Shown here piece after piece: positions 48,042 to 59,552 of a DNA stretch of 64,000 bases; within the stretch, counting starts at the first letter, position 1, and every line of letters begins with the position of its first letter. The DNA lies in contig CAVTRC010000002.1 of assembly GCA_963737065.1 (NCBI GenBank), forward strand, positions 128,001 to 192,000, read 5' to 3'. The stretch comes from Candidatus Eremiobacteria bacterium (GTDB lineage Bacteria > Vulcanimicrobiota > Vulcanimicrobiia > Vulcanimicrobiales > Vulcanimicrobiaceae). Below the pieces are notes generated by a model. It saw only the letters and a list, made by a program, of their open reading frames with translations. It did not search any database and was not told the DNA's origin. Made by a program: the position numbers and the translations under genes.

Positions 48042-48371
48042 ATGATGCACGGTCGTGTGCATCGTGCCGTACACGAGAGCAGCTCGCAGATATGTTTGCG
48101 CCTCTCCGGTGACTTCGATATCTATAATAAGCGCGAACTCGCCGCGACGCTTGCGTCCTACGTAGCGTATCCGGCCATCACGATCGATCTCGCGCAGACC
48201 CGATTTATCGACGGCGGCATTATCGGCGTGTTTGCCCGCTTTGCAACCCTACGTCGCGAGCTTGGCGGTGCACAATTGCGGATCGTCAACTGCAACACAT
48301 TTATGTTTAAGCTCTTTTCCATTTGCCGGCTCGACACGCTCTTCTGCATTGAGGAACAACGCCACGCGTAA
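48042..48371 (+). CDS. STAS domain protein (anti-sigma factor antagonist-like)
   Basis: LSGDFDI...L, IDLAQTRFID and LFSICRLD motifs. Confidence 0.8.
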   Translation: MMHGRVHRAVHESSSQICLRLSGDFDIYNKRELAATLASYVAYPAITIDLAQTRFIDGGIIGVFARFATLRRELGGAQLRIVNCNTFMFKLFSICRLDTLFCIEEQRHA

Positions 48372-48457
48372 CGCTAAACCTTTCGGTCTTCGAAGGTTTG
48401 CTTCGCTCCGATCCGCTTCATTGCCGGATCAATTCCATTACAACGAGGTGAACCAAC

Positions 48458-50244
48458 GTGACGACTAGTGATTTTCTCCTCGAACGTCTGGTCGAATGGG
48501 GGTTCTATCGCATTTACGGTTATCCCGGCGACGGCATCAACGGCATCATGGGTGCGTTCGACCGCATCGGCGACAAACTGCAATTCATTCAGGTTCGCCA
48601 TGAAGAGATGGCGGCGTTCATGGCGTGCGCGCATGCGAAGTTTACCGGCGAGATCGGCATTTGCCTCGCAACGTCCGGCCCGGGCGCGATTCATCTGCTC
48701 AACGGTCTTTACGACGCAAAGATGGATCACGTTCCGGTGGTCGCCATCGTCGGACAAGCGGCGACAACCGCGCTAGGCGGATCGTACCAGCAAGAAGTCG
48801 ATCTGCAAGTTCTGCTGCAAGACGTCACGGAATACGTTACACGGTTTCGAGCCCGGCGGCGATGCGCCACGTCGTCGACCGCGCCGTGCGCACGGCAAAG
48901 GGCATGCGCGCCGTCACCTGCGTCATCGTGCCGAAAGACGTTCAGGAGAGCCTGCGGTTCCCGAGCCGCCGCGCGCGCACAACAACATGAGCAGCAGCGT
49001 GGGATACTGCGCGCCCGTCGTCGTTCCGGCGCAGCGAGATCTGCAGCGCGCGGCGGATATCCTCAACGCCGGCGAGCGCGTCGCGATGATGGTCGGGCAA
49101 GGCGCCGCCAATGCGACGGACGAGGTGCTCGCGGTTGCCGATCGCTTGGGGGCGGGCATCGCAAAAGCGCTGCTCGGGAAAGACGTCGTTCCCGACGATT
49201 TGCCATACGTGACGGGCACGCTCGGGCTTGCTCGGAACGCGCCCGAGCTACGACATGATGAACGAATGCGACACGCTGTTGATGGTCGGCACGTGCTATC
49301 CGTACTCGGAGTTTTTGCCGAAGCAAGGCCAGGCTCGCGGCGTGCAGATCGACATCGATCCGCGCAACGTCGGCTTGCGTTTTCCGACCGAGGTGAACTT
49401 GATCGGCGACAGCCGCGATACGCTTGCCGCGCTGCTGCCGTTGCTCAAGCCGAAAACTGACACCGCGTGGCGCGAGAAGATCGAGAAGGGCCAGAAGGGC
49501 TGGCATGCCGACGAAGAGGCGCGCTGCCACGTCAAGGGCGATTTGATCAATCCGCAGCTGGTATTTTGGGAGCTGAACGAGCGCCTACCCGACAAGGCGA
49601 TTCTTACCGGCGACGCGGGCACGCCGACGAACTGGTTTGCGCGCAACATTCAGATGCGGCGCGGCATGAAATCTTCGCTCTCGGGAGGCCTGGCGACGAT
49701 GGGCTCGGCGGTTCCGTATGCGATCGCCGCGAAGTTCGCCTATCCGGATCGAGTCGTCATCGCGTGCGCCGGCGACGGCGCGATGCAGATGAACGGCAAC
49801 GCGGAGTTGCTCACGGTCAAAAAGTACTGGAAAACGTGGTCCGATCCGCGGCTGATCTTCCTCGTGCTGAACAATTCGGATCTCAACCAAGTGACCTGGG
49901 AGATGCGCGTCGAGTCGGGCAATCCGAAATACGAAGCCTCGCAAGATCTGCCGGTCTTCAACTATGCGCAGTACGCCGAATCGCTCGGTTTGCGCGGCAT
50001 TCGCGTCGAGCGATCCGAGGACATCGCGCCGGCGTGGGATCGCGCGCTTGCGTCCGACCGGCCGGTGGTTTTCGATGCGGTGGTCGATCCGAACATCTCG
50101 CAGTTGCCGCCGCACATCACGCTTGAAGAGGCGCACAACCTCTTCTCGGCGATGCGGAAGGGCGATCCCGACGAGGGCGGCGTGATCAAGGAGAGCATCA
50201 AGAGCGTGCTCGCCGGCATTCTGCCGCACCGCGGAGAGAACTAA
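48458..50244 (+). pseudogene. Thiamine-pyrophosphate enzyme (pyruvate oxidase/PoxB-like), about 3 frameshifts (possibly sequencing errors)
   Basis: YPGDGING, RHEEMAAF and GDGAMQMN motifs are split across ORFs 48458, 48987 and 49228. Confidence 0.85.
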
Positions 50245-50246
50245 AG

Positions 50247-51359
50247 GTGGCTCTGACCGCCGTGCGCGTGCAATGCCCGATCGAGCGATCGACGTGCGCG
50301 CGTATCGCATCCCGACGAAGTCGCCGGAATCGGATGGGACGCTCGAATGGGATGCGACGACGCTGGTGTACGTCGAAGTGCAGGCCGGCGGACAGACCGG
50401 CATCGGATACACGTATGCCGACGTTGCGACCGCGAAACTCGTCGAAACGATGTTGCGCAATGCCTGTTGGGCAAAGACGCGATGCAATCGGCGCGCGCTG
50501 GGACGACATGGGCAACGTTACGCGAATCTCGGACGCGACGGCATCACGTCGATGGCGATTTCGGCGGTCGACGTCGCGCTGTGGGATCTGAAAGGCAAGA
50601 TGCTGGACGGCCGGTCTGCGTGTTGCTTGGTGCGGCGCGCAAACGCGTGCCGATCTACGGCAGCGGCGGCTTCACGTCGTACACCGCGCGAACATTTGTG
50701 CGCGCAACTGCATGGCTGGGTGACCGACGGCATCCCGCGCGTGAAAATGAAGGTCGGACGCGAACCGGACGAGGACCCAAGCGCGTCGCAGCTGCGCGAG
50801 GGGCAATCGGCGACGACGCGGAACTTTTTGTCGATGCCAACGGCGCGTATTCGCGTAAAGCAGGCGCTCGCGCTGGCGCGGCGTTTCGCGGAACGGCGGG
50901 TGACGTGGTTCGAGGAGCCGGTGTATCGCGAAGATTACGAAGGTACGCGACTGGTTCGCGACGGCGCGCCGGCGAGGCATGGACATCTCGATCGGTGAGT
51001 ACGGGTACGGGCTGTACGGTTTGCGCGATGCTCGACGCGCGATGCATTGACGTATTGCAAGCCGACGCGACGCGCTGCGGCGGCTTTAGCGGCCTGCTGG
51101 CGGTTGATGGGCTTGTGCCAGACGAAGATGATGCCGCTTTCGACGCATTGCGCACCGTATGTTCATTTGCACGCTGCGCTCGCGTGCAAGCAGATTCGCC
51201 ACATGGAGTATTTCTTCGATCACGTGCGCATCGAGAAGATGCTTTTCGATGGCGCAGTCGCGCCCGCGGGCGGCCACGCTTACCGCGCATGTGAGTCGCC
51301 CGGCCGTCGGACTGGAATTCAAGCGCGCTGACGCCGCAACCGCTATCTTATCTAGGTGA
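50247..51359 (+). pseudogene. Mandelate racemase/enolase-superfamily protein, multiple frameshifts
   Basis: PESDGTLEW, AVDVALWDLK, YGSGGFTSY, VKMKVG, FVDANG, WFEEP and EYFFDHVRIE motifs occur in different frames. Confidence 0.82.
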
Positions 51360-51363
51360 GCGT

Positions 51364-54300
51364 ATGATCAAGATTCTGACGGCACTCGAAACGCACGCGC
51401 ATTCGGAGCGGACACGATCCGGCGCCCACGCAGCGTCCCGATGCGGTAAACGAAACCGACGTCGACGTTGCGGCCGCTGGAACGCGCTTTGCGCGCTAGC
51501 GTTCGAGGCGAAGTACGCTTCGATGACGGTAGCCGGGCGTTGTATTCGACCGATGCTTCGAACTACCGCCAGGTGCCCGTCGCCGTTGTGATTCCGCATG
51601 ACGCCGACGATGCTGAAGCGGCCGTGCGCCGCTTGCCGAACGTACAGTGCTCCCGATCTTTGCACGAGGTGGCGGCACGGATTTGGCGGGCAGCACGTGC
51701 AATGCCGCCGTCGTTTTGGATTTCTCCAAATACATGAACCGCGTCGTAGAGATCGATTGGGAAGCGAAAACGCGCGCGCGTTCAGCCTGGCTGCGTTCTC
51801 GACGATCTGCGTGACGCGGCCGAAAAGCGCACGCTAACGTTTGGGCCCGATCCCGCAACGCACAACCGCAACACGCTCGGCGGAATGATCGGCAACAACT
51901 CGTGCGGGATGCACGCGCAGATGGCCGGCAAAGTGGAAGAAAACACCGAAGAGCTCGAGATTCTTACCTACGATGGCCTGCGCATGCGCGTCGGGCCGAC
52001 GACCGATGAAGAGCTCGACGCGATCATCGCCGAGGGCGGCCGGCGTGGCGAAATCTATGCCAAGCTTCGCGACCTTCGGGATCGCTACGCCGATCAAATC
52101 CGCGCACGATTTCCCGCACATCCCGCGCCTGGTTTCAGGCTATCCGCTGCAGCAACTATTGCCCGAAAACGGTTTCAATGTTGCTCGAGCGCTCGTCGGC
52201 ACCGAAAATACGTGCGTGACGGTAGTCGAAGCAAAGGTGCGGCTCGTGCACAGTCCGCCGTTTCGCACGATGGTCGTCTTCGGATTTTCGGATATCGCAA
52301 CTGCTGCCGACCACGTTCCCTTCTGCAACGCGCACGGACCAATCGCGCTCGAAGGTCTTGATACAAGCATGTTCATGTACATGCATGACAAAGGGATGTC
52401 GACCAACGGGCGTGCGATGTTTCCTGACGGCAACGCGTGGCTCATCGTTGAGTTCGGCGCAGATACCGAGCAAGGAGCGAACGACAAAGCAGACGGACTG
52501 ATGGCGGCATTTAAAGCGCGTGAAATCGTGCCGAGCATGAAGCGCTTCGATGACGAACATGAGGAGCAACTGCTCTGGGAGATTCGCGAGTCCGGACTCG
52601 GCTCGACCTCGAAGATTCCGAACCTTCCGGATTTCTATCCCGGTTGGGAAGACTCGGCGGTTGGTCCCGACAAGCTCGGTCGCTTACATACGCGACTTCC
52701 AAAAGCTGATGTCGCAATATGGTTACCATGCTTCGCTCTACGGGCATTTCGGGCAAGGCTGCTTGCATTGCAGCATCGATTTCGATCTATATACCACCGA
52801 GGGAATTGCAAAGTACCGCAAGTTCGTCACCGAAGCGGCGCACATTTGCGTGAAATACGGCGGCTCGTTATCGGGCGAGCATGGCGACGGTCAAGCTCGC
52901 GGCGAGCTGCTGCCGATCATGTTCGGCGACGACTTGGTCAAAGCGTTTTGTGAATTCAAAGCAATCTGGGATCCGCAGAACAAAATGAATCCCGGTAAGG
53001 TCGTGCACCCCTATAAGCTCGATGAGAATTTGCGCTGGGGGACACACTATGCGCCGTGGGAGCCGCAAACGCACTTTGGATTCGTCGAGGACAACGGCAG
53101 CTTTACCTATGCTGCAAACCGCTGCGTCGGCACCGGAAAGTGCCGCAAGCACGATTCGGCGTGATGTGTCCGAGTTACATGGCAACGCGCGAGGAGATGC
53201 ACTCAACGCGCGGGCGCGCGCGATTGCTGTTCGAGATGCTTGAGGGCAATCCACTCACAGAACGGTTGGCAGGGATGAAACCGTCAAAGAGGCGCTGGAT
53301 CTCTGCCTCGCCTGCAAAGGCTGCAAGGGCGAATGTCCGGTCAAGTCGATATTGCGACCTACAAGGCAGAATTTCTTTCGCATTACTACGAAGGCCGCGC
53401 GCCGCCCAATCGCGGCGTACGCGTTCGGGTTAATGTACTGGTGGGCGGAAGCCGCGGCGCTCGCGCCGTCCTTGGTCAATTTTTTCACGCAAACGCCCGG
53501 GCTGCGCGATGTCGCAAAGGCGGTAGCACGGTCGCGCCGCAGCGGCGCATCCCGCTGTTTGCGCCGCAGACGTTCCGCTCATGGTTTGCCGCGCGTGCCG
53601 CCCCGCAACGTCGGAAAGCCGGACGTCATCCTGTGGCCTGACACATGGAACAATAATTTTCATCCCACGACAGCGCAGGCCGCCGTGGAAGTGCTCGAGG
53701 ATGCTGGGTTTCACGTGACCATTCCGAAGGTTGCGCTGTGCTGTGGCCGGCCGCTTTACGACTACGGGATGCTCGACTTGGCCAAAACGATGTTGCACGA
53801 GATCGTCGCTGCGCTCAAGCCGCAGATCGACGCGGGGACCTGTATCGTAGGTCTCGAGCCCAGCTGTGTGTCGGTCTTCCGCGATGAGATGCCGAATCTG
53901 CTGCACGGCGACGAGGACGCCAATCGCTTTAAGAAACAAACGTTGCTGCTCAGCGAGTTTCTCGAGCACTACGCGCCGCACTACCAGCCGCCCAAGCTGA
54001 AGCGCAAGGTTCTCGCGCAGGCGCACTGTCATCAGCGGTCCGTCCTCGATGTGTCCGCTGAAGAACATTTACTCAAAAAGCTCGGCGTTGAGTATTCGTT
54101 TCCCGACTCCGGCTGTTGTGGGATGTGCGGCGCGTTTGGTTTTGAAACCGGCGAGCACTACAAAGTTTCGATGGCAGTCGGCGAGCGCAGCTTGCTGCCC
54201 GCCGTACGTGCTGCTTCCGCCGGCACCGTTATCGTCGCGACCGGTTTCAGTTGTCGCGAGCAGATCGCGCAGACGACAAATCGCCAGGCGTTGCACCCGG

Positions 54301-54491
54301 CGCAGCTCGTCAAAATGGCGCTGGACGACCGCAACAGCGAGCGTGACGATGTGTTTCCTGAACTGCGGTACATGGCCGATCCGGCGGTTGAACGGCGCAA
54401 ACTCATGCAGCGCGCTGGGGTGGCCATCGCGATCGTGAGTGGCTTTGTGGGTGCGATCGGCATCTTCACGTTCCGCAAGCGAACGCAGTGA
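51364..54491 (+). pseudogene. FAD-binding and Fe-S (CCG) domain oxidoreductase (GlcD/GlcF-like fusion), multiple frameshifts
   Basis: YSTDASNY, GGMIGNNSCG, GEHGDG, CVGTGKC, CCGRP, CCGMCGAFG and GFSCREQI motifs in shifting frames. Confidence 0.85.
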
Positions 54492-54522
54492 AACTCACCG
54501 ATAAAGTCGCGATTATCACCGC
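54488..54522 (+). pseudogene. Truncated SDR N-terminus
   Basis: GTGA-coupled MKLTDKVAIIT; the expected TGxxxGIG is missing and the sequence switches abruptly. Confidence 0.55.
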
Positions 54523-54649
54523 AATAGCCCGGGCACTCGCTTTCGAATTCGCCGTGCGCTTCTTTGTCGAACTGCGCCTTATCGAGCGCCGCAAGCTTGG
54601 CTTTGAGATGGTCAAGTGGGTACGCGAGAGGAGCTTTGTCGAAGCGTCC

Positions 54650-54760
54650 CGATCTCCCCCCCCCTCTTCCCCCACCCCCCTCTCCCGTACTCTGCTCCGC
54701 CACACCCACCCCCCGCCCACCCCCCCCCGCGACCTACCGGCTTCCCCCGCCCCCTGCCGT
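54650..54760. repeat. C-rich low-complexity tract
   Basis: Multiple poly-C runs, unlike the rest of the window. Confidence 0.85.
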
Positions 54761-54820
54761 GGGGAAAGGCTACGGTGGCGAGAACGAAGATGACGAATAG
54801 TTCGATCTGTTACCGTACAT

Positions 54821-55561
54821 CTAATATCCCGTATATTCTTCCACGCGCACGTCATCGGGCGACACGCCGGTCGCGGCAAGCATACTTTGCAGGCTCTTCA
54901 CCATCCCCGGCGGACCGGTGATGTAATAGATCGCGTTCTTCGTTGAGCTGGCGTATTTTGCCAACAGCTCAGCGTTGATTTGCCCGGTTTCGCCCGTCCA
55001 AGGCAGCTTGGAGTCCTTCATGTCGGTCATCGTCGCTACTACGGTGTAGTTAGCGTTGGTTTGTTGTAACGCTTGGAGCTCGTTTAGAAACGCTGCATCC
55101 TCGGGACGGCGGTTTGAATAAAACAGCACGATACGATGCGGCAGCTTCAGGTGAGACGCTTGAAAGACGATGCTGCGAAACGTAGTTACACCAATCCCAC
55201 CGGTGAGCGACACCGCCGGCCGAGCAGCATCTTCGTGTAACGTTAGATCGCCGAATGGACCCTCGATCTTAGCTGTACTTTCTAATGCTTCGGACTTCAA
55301 GTCACACTTAAACGCGGTGTCTCGCATACGTGTCGCGATGAGTATCGTCTTTTCGTACGGTGCGCTTGCGATGGAAAATCCTCGCTTATTCCCTTCGCTG
55401 TCAGTCTCCGATGGATTGGGAAGGGTGATATCGATGAACTGCCCAGCGATAAACGTCCAATCCGGTGGCTTTTGAAATTCGAAGGCGATCGTGCCCTCGG
55501 CAACTTGATGACGGGCTTTGAGCGGTGATATAAACGTCGGCCACGTCGTAGCGGTTTCCAT
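54821..55561 (-). CDS. Ferredoxin-NADP reductase-like FAD/NAD(P)H oxidoreductase
   Basis: AGQF, RGFSIAS, IEGPFG, GGIGVT and YITGPPGMV motifs. Confidence 0.9.
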   Translation of the reverse strand: METATTWPTFISPLKARHQVAEGTIAFEFQKPPDWTFIAGQFIDITLPNPSETDSEGNKRGFSIASAPYEKTILIATRMRDTAFKCDLKSEALESTAKIEGPFGDLTLHEDAARPAVSLTGGIGVTTFRSIVFQASHLKLPHRIVLFYSNRRPEDAAFLNELQALQQTNANYTVVATMTDMKDSKLPWTGETGQINAELLAKYASSTKNAIYYITGPPGMVKSLQSMLAATGVSPDDVRVEEYTGY

Positions 55562-55843
55562 ATTGATTACTATACGTGAGTCTGCGATCCAGTTTTGCCT
55601 AAAAAGCGCACAGATACGCATGCCTTTAGACGGTTACACTGTATCGACAGGAGCTTAGATCGTTGAAACGCGATTTTTGCCTCATTTCGAGTATGCATAG
55701 TTGCTCGATCGAGCAACCCTATGCGACCGGCCTGATGGCACAACGGCTAATCGCGACGCCGCTAAGACCGGCGTCGCGAAGACTAACGTGTTTTGCGGTC
55801 GCGATGTGCCTTGCGTCGCGACTGAAGCGGGGAGCACGCCATC

Positions 55844-56140
55844 ATGTTTGTATCTATTCCGTTCCTGGTCGTCTACGCTATCATCCTGTTGCTGCTGATT
55901 GTCAATGCCGCGCAAATCCTCGCAAGTATTCCGGCGGCCATGCAGTTGCGTTATCTCCAAACGCTGAGCGAAATCGGCGCAGAACAAAACTCCACAACAA
56001 TCTTCCCGATGCCGATCGATCTGATCAAGCCGTTCTTGGAAATCCTCGACAAGAAGGCAGAGTTGGCGCCTTCAGTGGCCGTAACAGCGGCGCCCACCGC
56101 GACGCTGGATGGGAACGGCCGCGCGCTGATCCCGACGTGA
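55844..56140 (+). pseudogene. Stomatin/slipin (SPFH) gene with the SPFH core deleted in frame
   Basis: N-terminal TM joined directly to AAQIL...AMQLRYLQTLSEIGAEQNSTTIFPMPIDL, the stomatin C-terminal motif. Confidence 0.8.
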
Positions 56141-56154
56141 CGTAAGGCGCTCGT

Positions 56155-56916
56155 TTGAGCGAGACGCTTAGGGCGGAGGTCGGCGCTCGCGGTCTTGGCT
56201 CGACCGACCGACAGGATCGCTGGTGGATCGCGCCGGCTGTCGGGGGTTTTGGACTTGCGGTCTTCATCGTCTACTCGACCTGGGCCGCGTTTGCCGGTGT
56301 CGATTTTCGCTACGGGCCGTATCTCTCGCCATTTTATTCGCCGTATCTGCGGCCGGCGTGGTTCCCGCTTTCAGGCTCACTACTCGTCCTATGGGTTCCG
56401 CTCGGCTTTCGCGTAAGTTGCTATTACTATCGCAAGCTGTACTATCGATCGTATTTTTTGAGTCCGCCCGCCTGCGACGTGAGCGAACCGTCACGCACCT
56501 ATACCGGTGAAACCGCGTTCCCACTGAAGTATCTGCCGATCGTACACCGTTGGTTTTTGTACCTCTCGATCGTCGTGCTCATTTGGCTGTGGATGGATGC
56601 GTTCCGAGCGTTCGATTTCGGCGGCCATTTTGGGATCGGGCTCGGATCACTGGTTATGCTGCTCAACGTCGTCCTGTTAAGCGGATTCACCTTTGGCTGC
56701 CATGCGCTCCGCAACGCCGTTGGGGGGAACTTGCGCTGCTTCTCGTGCGCAACCTGCGGCGGCGTACGCTATGGCGCCTGGAGAACCGTTACCCGGCTCA
56801 CGATGCAGCATCAATTGTGGGCGTGGCTGAGTCTGTACGGCGTGGGACTCACAGACCTGTACATTCGGCTGTGCGCAATGGGGGTTTTGAACGACCCGCG
56901 GGTGACTTTCCGATGA
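56155..56916 (+). CDS. Succinate dehydrogenase membrane anchor, mycobacterial Sdh1C (Rv0249c) type
   Basis: YLSPFYSP, FRVSCYYYRKLYYRSYFLSPPAC, YTGETAFPL, HRWFLY and GCH motifs. Confidence 0.88.
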   Translation: MSETLRAEVGARGLGSTDRQDRWWIAPAVGGFGLAVFIVYSTWAAFAGVDFRYGPYLSPFYSPYLRPAWFPLSGSLLVLWVPLGFRVSCYYYRKLYYRSYFLSPPACDVSEPSRTYTGETAFPLKYLPIVHRWFLYLSIVVLIWLWMDAFRAFDFGGHFGIGLGSLVMLLNVVLLSGFTFGCHALRNAVGGNLRCFSCATCGGVRYGAWRTVTRLTMQHQLWAWLSLYGVGLTDLYIRLCAMGVLNDPRVTFR

Positions 56917-58722
56917 ACGAAAGCAGGCATCCAATCTATCGGGCGGACGTGTTGGTCATCGGCGCGGGCGGCGCGGGGCTTCGGGCGGCGATCGAAGCCG
57001 CGACGGCCGGTGCGCACGTGGCGATCGTCTGCAAATCGCTTCTCGGGAAGGCGCACACGGTCGTCGCGGAAGGCGGCATCGCTGCCGCCATCGCCAGCGT
57101 CGATCCGGATGACACGTGGCAAACCCATTTCCGCGACACGATAGCCGGCGGCAAATACGTCAACAATTGGCGGATGGCGGAGCTGCTCGCGCGAGAAGCG
57201 CCGGGTGAGATTCACAATCTCGAGCGGTGGGGCGCGCTCTTCGACCGCACGCCGGAGGGCGGCATCATGCAGCGGCTCTTCGGCGGGCATACGTACAGCC
57301 GGCTCGTCCAAGTCGCAGATCGTACCGGCATCGAGCTTATTCGAACGTTGCAAGACAGAACCGTCGAACTCAAGCTCGACGTGTACATGGAGTATACGAT
57401 TACGCGGCTGCTCCTGCGCGATGGGCGCATCGCCGGTGCAGCAGGCTACGTTCGCGAAACGGGGCGTTTTGTCGTGTTCGAAGCCGCCGCCGTTATCATG
57501 GCCACCGGCGGTTCCGGGCGGCTCTACGCCGTCACGTCAAATTCGTGGGAAGGGACGGGTGATGGCCAGGCGCTCGCATTTGCCGCCGGCGCCGAGCTCA
57601 TCGACATGGAGTTCGTTCAGTTTCACCCGACGGGAATGGTGTGGCCCTTAAGCGTGCGCGGCATTCTGGTGACTGAATCCGTGCGCGGCGAGGGCGGGAT
57701 CCTAACGAACAACACGGGCGAACGGTTCATGCAACGCTACGATCCAAAACGGATGGAACTCTCCACGCGCGATATCGTCGCGCGCGCGATTCATACGGAG
57801 GTTACGGAAGGACGCGGCTCGCCGCACGGCGGCGCATTCCTGTCGATCTCGCATAAGCCGGCCAAATTCATCAAGCGGAAGTTGCCCTCGATGTACAGCC
57901 AGTTCATGGAATTTGCCCACGTGGACATTACCAAAGAGCCGATGGAGGTTTACCCGACCACGCACTACATCATGGGCGGCATCCGTGTCGATGCTGAAAC
58001 CGCGGCGACGAACGTTCCAGGTCTGTTCGCCGCCGGCGAGTGCGCGGGTGGCCTCCACGGTGCGAATCGGCTGGGCGGAAACTCGCTCTCCGATCTTCTC
58101 GTCTTCGGCCGGCGAGCTGGTGCCGCGGCAGCAGCATACGCGCGCGGTGCAAAGCATCTTGTCCCTGAACCGCTTCGAGATCGAGCGGGCGGAGCGCGAG
58201 ATGCTCGCACCATTCGAACCCGGTGATGGCGAGAATCCGTTCGCGGTGCAGGAGGATTTGCAGACAATGATGATGGCGGATGTCGGCGTTTTTCGCACGG
58301 AGCAGGGATTGCGCGATGCGCTGGCCCGGCTGGAAGAGCTTCGGAGGCGGGTCGTCAATGTGCGCGTCAACGGCTCCCGGCTCTACAATCCCGGTTGGCA
58401 TACCGCACTTGACCTCAGGCATATGGTGCAGATCGCCGAAGCGATCGTGCGCAGCGCGTTGCTTCGCTGCGAGAGCCGGGGTGCCCACACGCGCGTGGAT
58501 TTTCCGGCTCTGAACGCTGCTCTGGAAAAAGTCAACACAGTGACAAAGCTGGTCGACGGAGTAATGCAGACGGGATTCATCGAGCGGTCTCGCATGCCCG
58601 CCAATCTCGCAGGCATCGTGTTCGAACGCGTTGCTTCCGACCGCGAACTCAAAGGGTATGATAAAACGCTGGCAGATTCGTTTCCCGCGAGCGATCCGCC
58701 GCCCGGGCCGCTGGTGATCTAG
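56913..58722 (+). CDS. sdhA: Succinate dehydrogenase/fumarate reductase flavoprotein subunit (one frameshift near 58150-58180)
   Basis: GAGGAG, AHTVVAEGG, QFHPTG, HYIMGG, HGANRLGGNSL and ESRGAH motifs across two ORFs. Confidence 0.92.
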
Positions 58723-58727
58723 TACAC

Positions 58728-59552
58728 ATGCGGCAACCTGTTGCGCTTGAAAGCATTCCAACGGATCAGCTCGCCGTACGTCGCGACCTGACGGGGCAAA
58801 CGGTAACGCTCCGAATCAATCGCGGCGAGGCCAACGATGTTGCGGGAACCTGGGTGGATTTTGCGGTCCCACTCGAGTCCGGAATGGTCGTCCTCGATGC
58901 CGTGTTATACGTTCAGGCGCACTTCGCCAACGACCTCGCCGTCCGCTGGAACTGTAAGGCGGCAAAGTGCGGCTCGTGCTCGGCCGAGGTCTGCGGCCGA
59001 CCGAAGTTGATGTGCCGGACGCGACTTGAGGAGCTGGATTGCAAGGAACCGATACTCGTGCAGCCGCTCCAGACGTTTCCGCGGATCCGCGATCTGGTTA
59101 CTGACGTCTCGTGGAACTATCGCGTCAACCAGACGATTCCGCCGTTCAAGCCGCGTTCCGACCGCGAGTGGCGGTTTTACCAGCGCGATGTCAATCGCGC
59201 GCAAGAGATGCGCAAATGCATCGAGTGCTTTTTGTGTCAAGATGTCTGCCACGTCCTGCGCTATCAAACCGAGGTAAAACCGCGCTATGCCGGCCCGCGC
59301 TTCTATGTGCGCATCCTCGGTCTGGATGCGCATCCGATGGATAACGAGAATCGCTTGGAACTGCTCAAAGGTGATGCCGGCATTGGGCTATGCAATGTGA
59401 CTAAGTGCTGCACCGAAGTGTGCCCCGCGTACATTGAGATCACCGATAATGCGATCATCCCGGCGAAGGAGCGCATCGTCGATGCGTACCAGGATCCACT
59501 CCGGAGATTGTTTCGAAAGTTGCGTCTATTCATGAAGCATAAGTCACCATAA
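58728..59552 (+). CDS. sdhB: Succinate dehydrogenase/fumarate reductase iron-sulfur subunit
   Basis: CKAAKCGSC, CIECFLCQDVC and CNVTKCCTEVCP motifs. Confidence 0.95.
   Translation: MRQPVALESIPTDQLAVRRDLTGQTVTLRINRGEANDVAGTWVDFAVPLESGMVVLDAVLYVQAHFANDLAVRWNCKAAKCGSCSAEVCGRPKLMCRTRLEELDCKEPILVQPLQTFPRIRDLVTDVSWNYRVNQTIPPFKPRSDREWRFYQRDVNRAQEMRKCIECFLCQDVCHVLRYQTEVKPRYAGPRFYVRILGLDAHPMDNENRLELLKGDAGIGLCNVTKCCTEVCPAYIEITDNAIIPAKERIVDAYQDPLRRLFRKLRLFMKHKSP

Noticed and set aside
48458..54491. Programmed ribosomal frameshifting or phase variation
   Set aside because: The indels are numerous, scattered and not at consistent slippery or repeat sites. Sequence error or decay is simpler.
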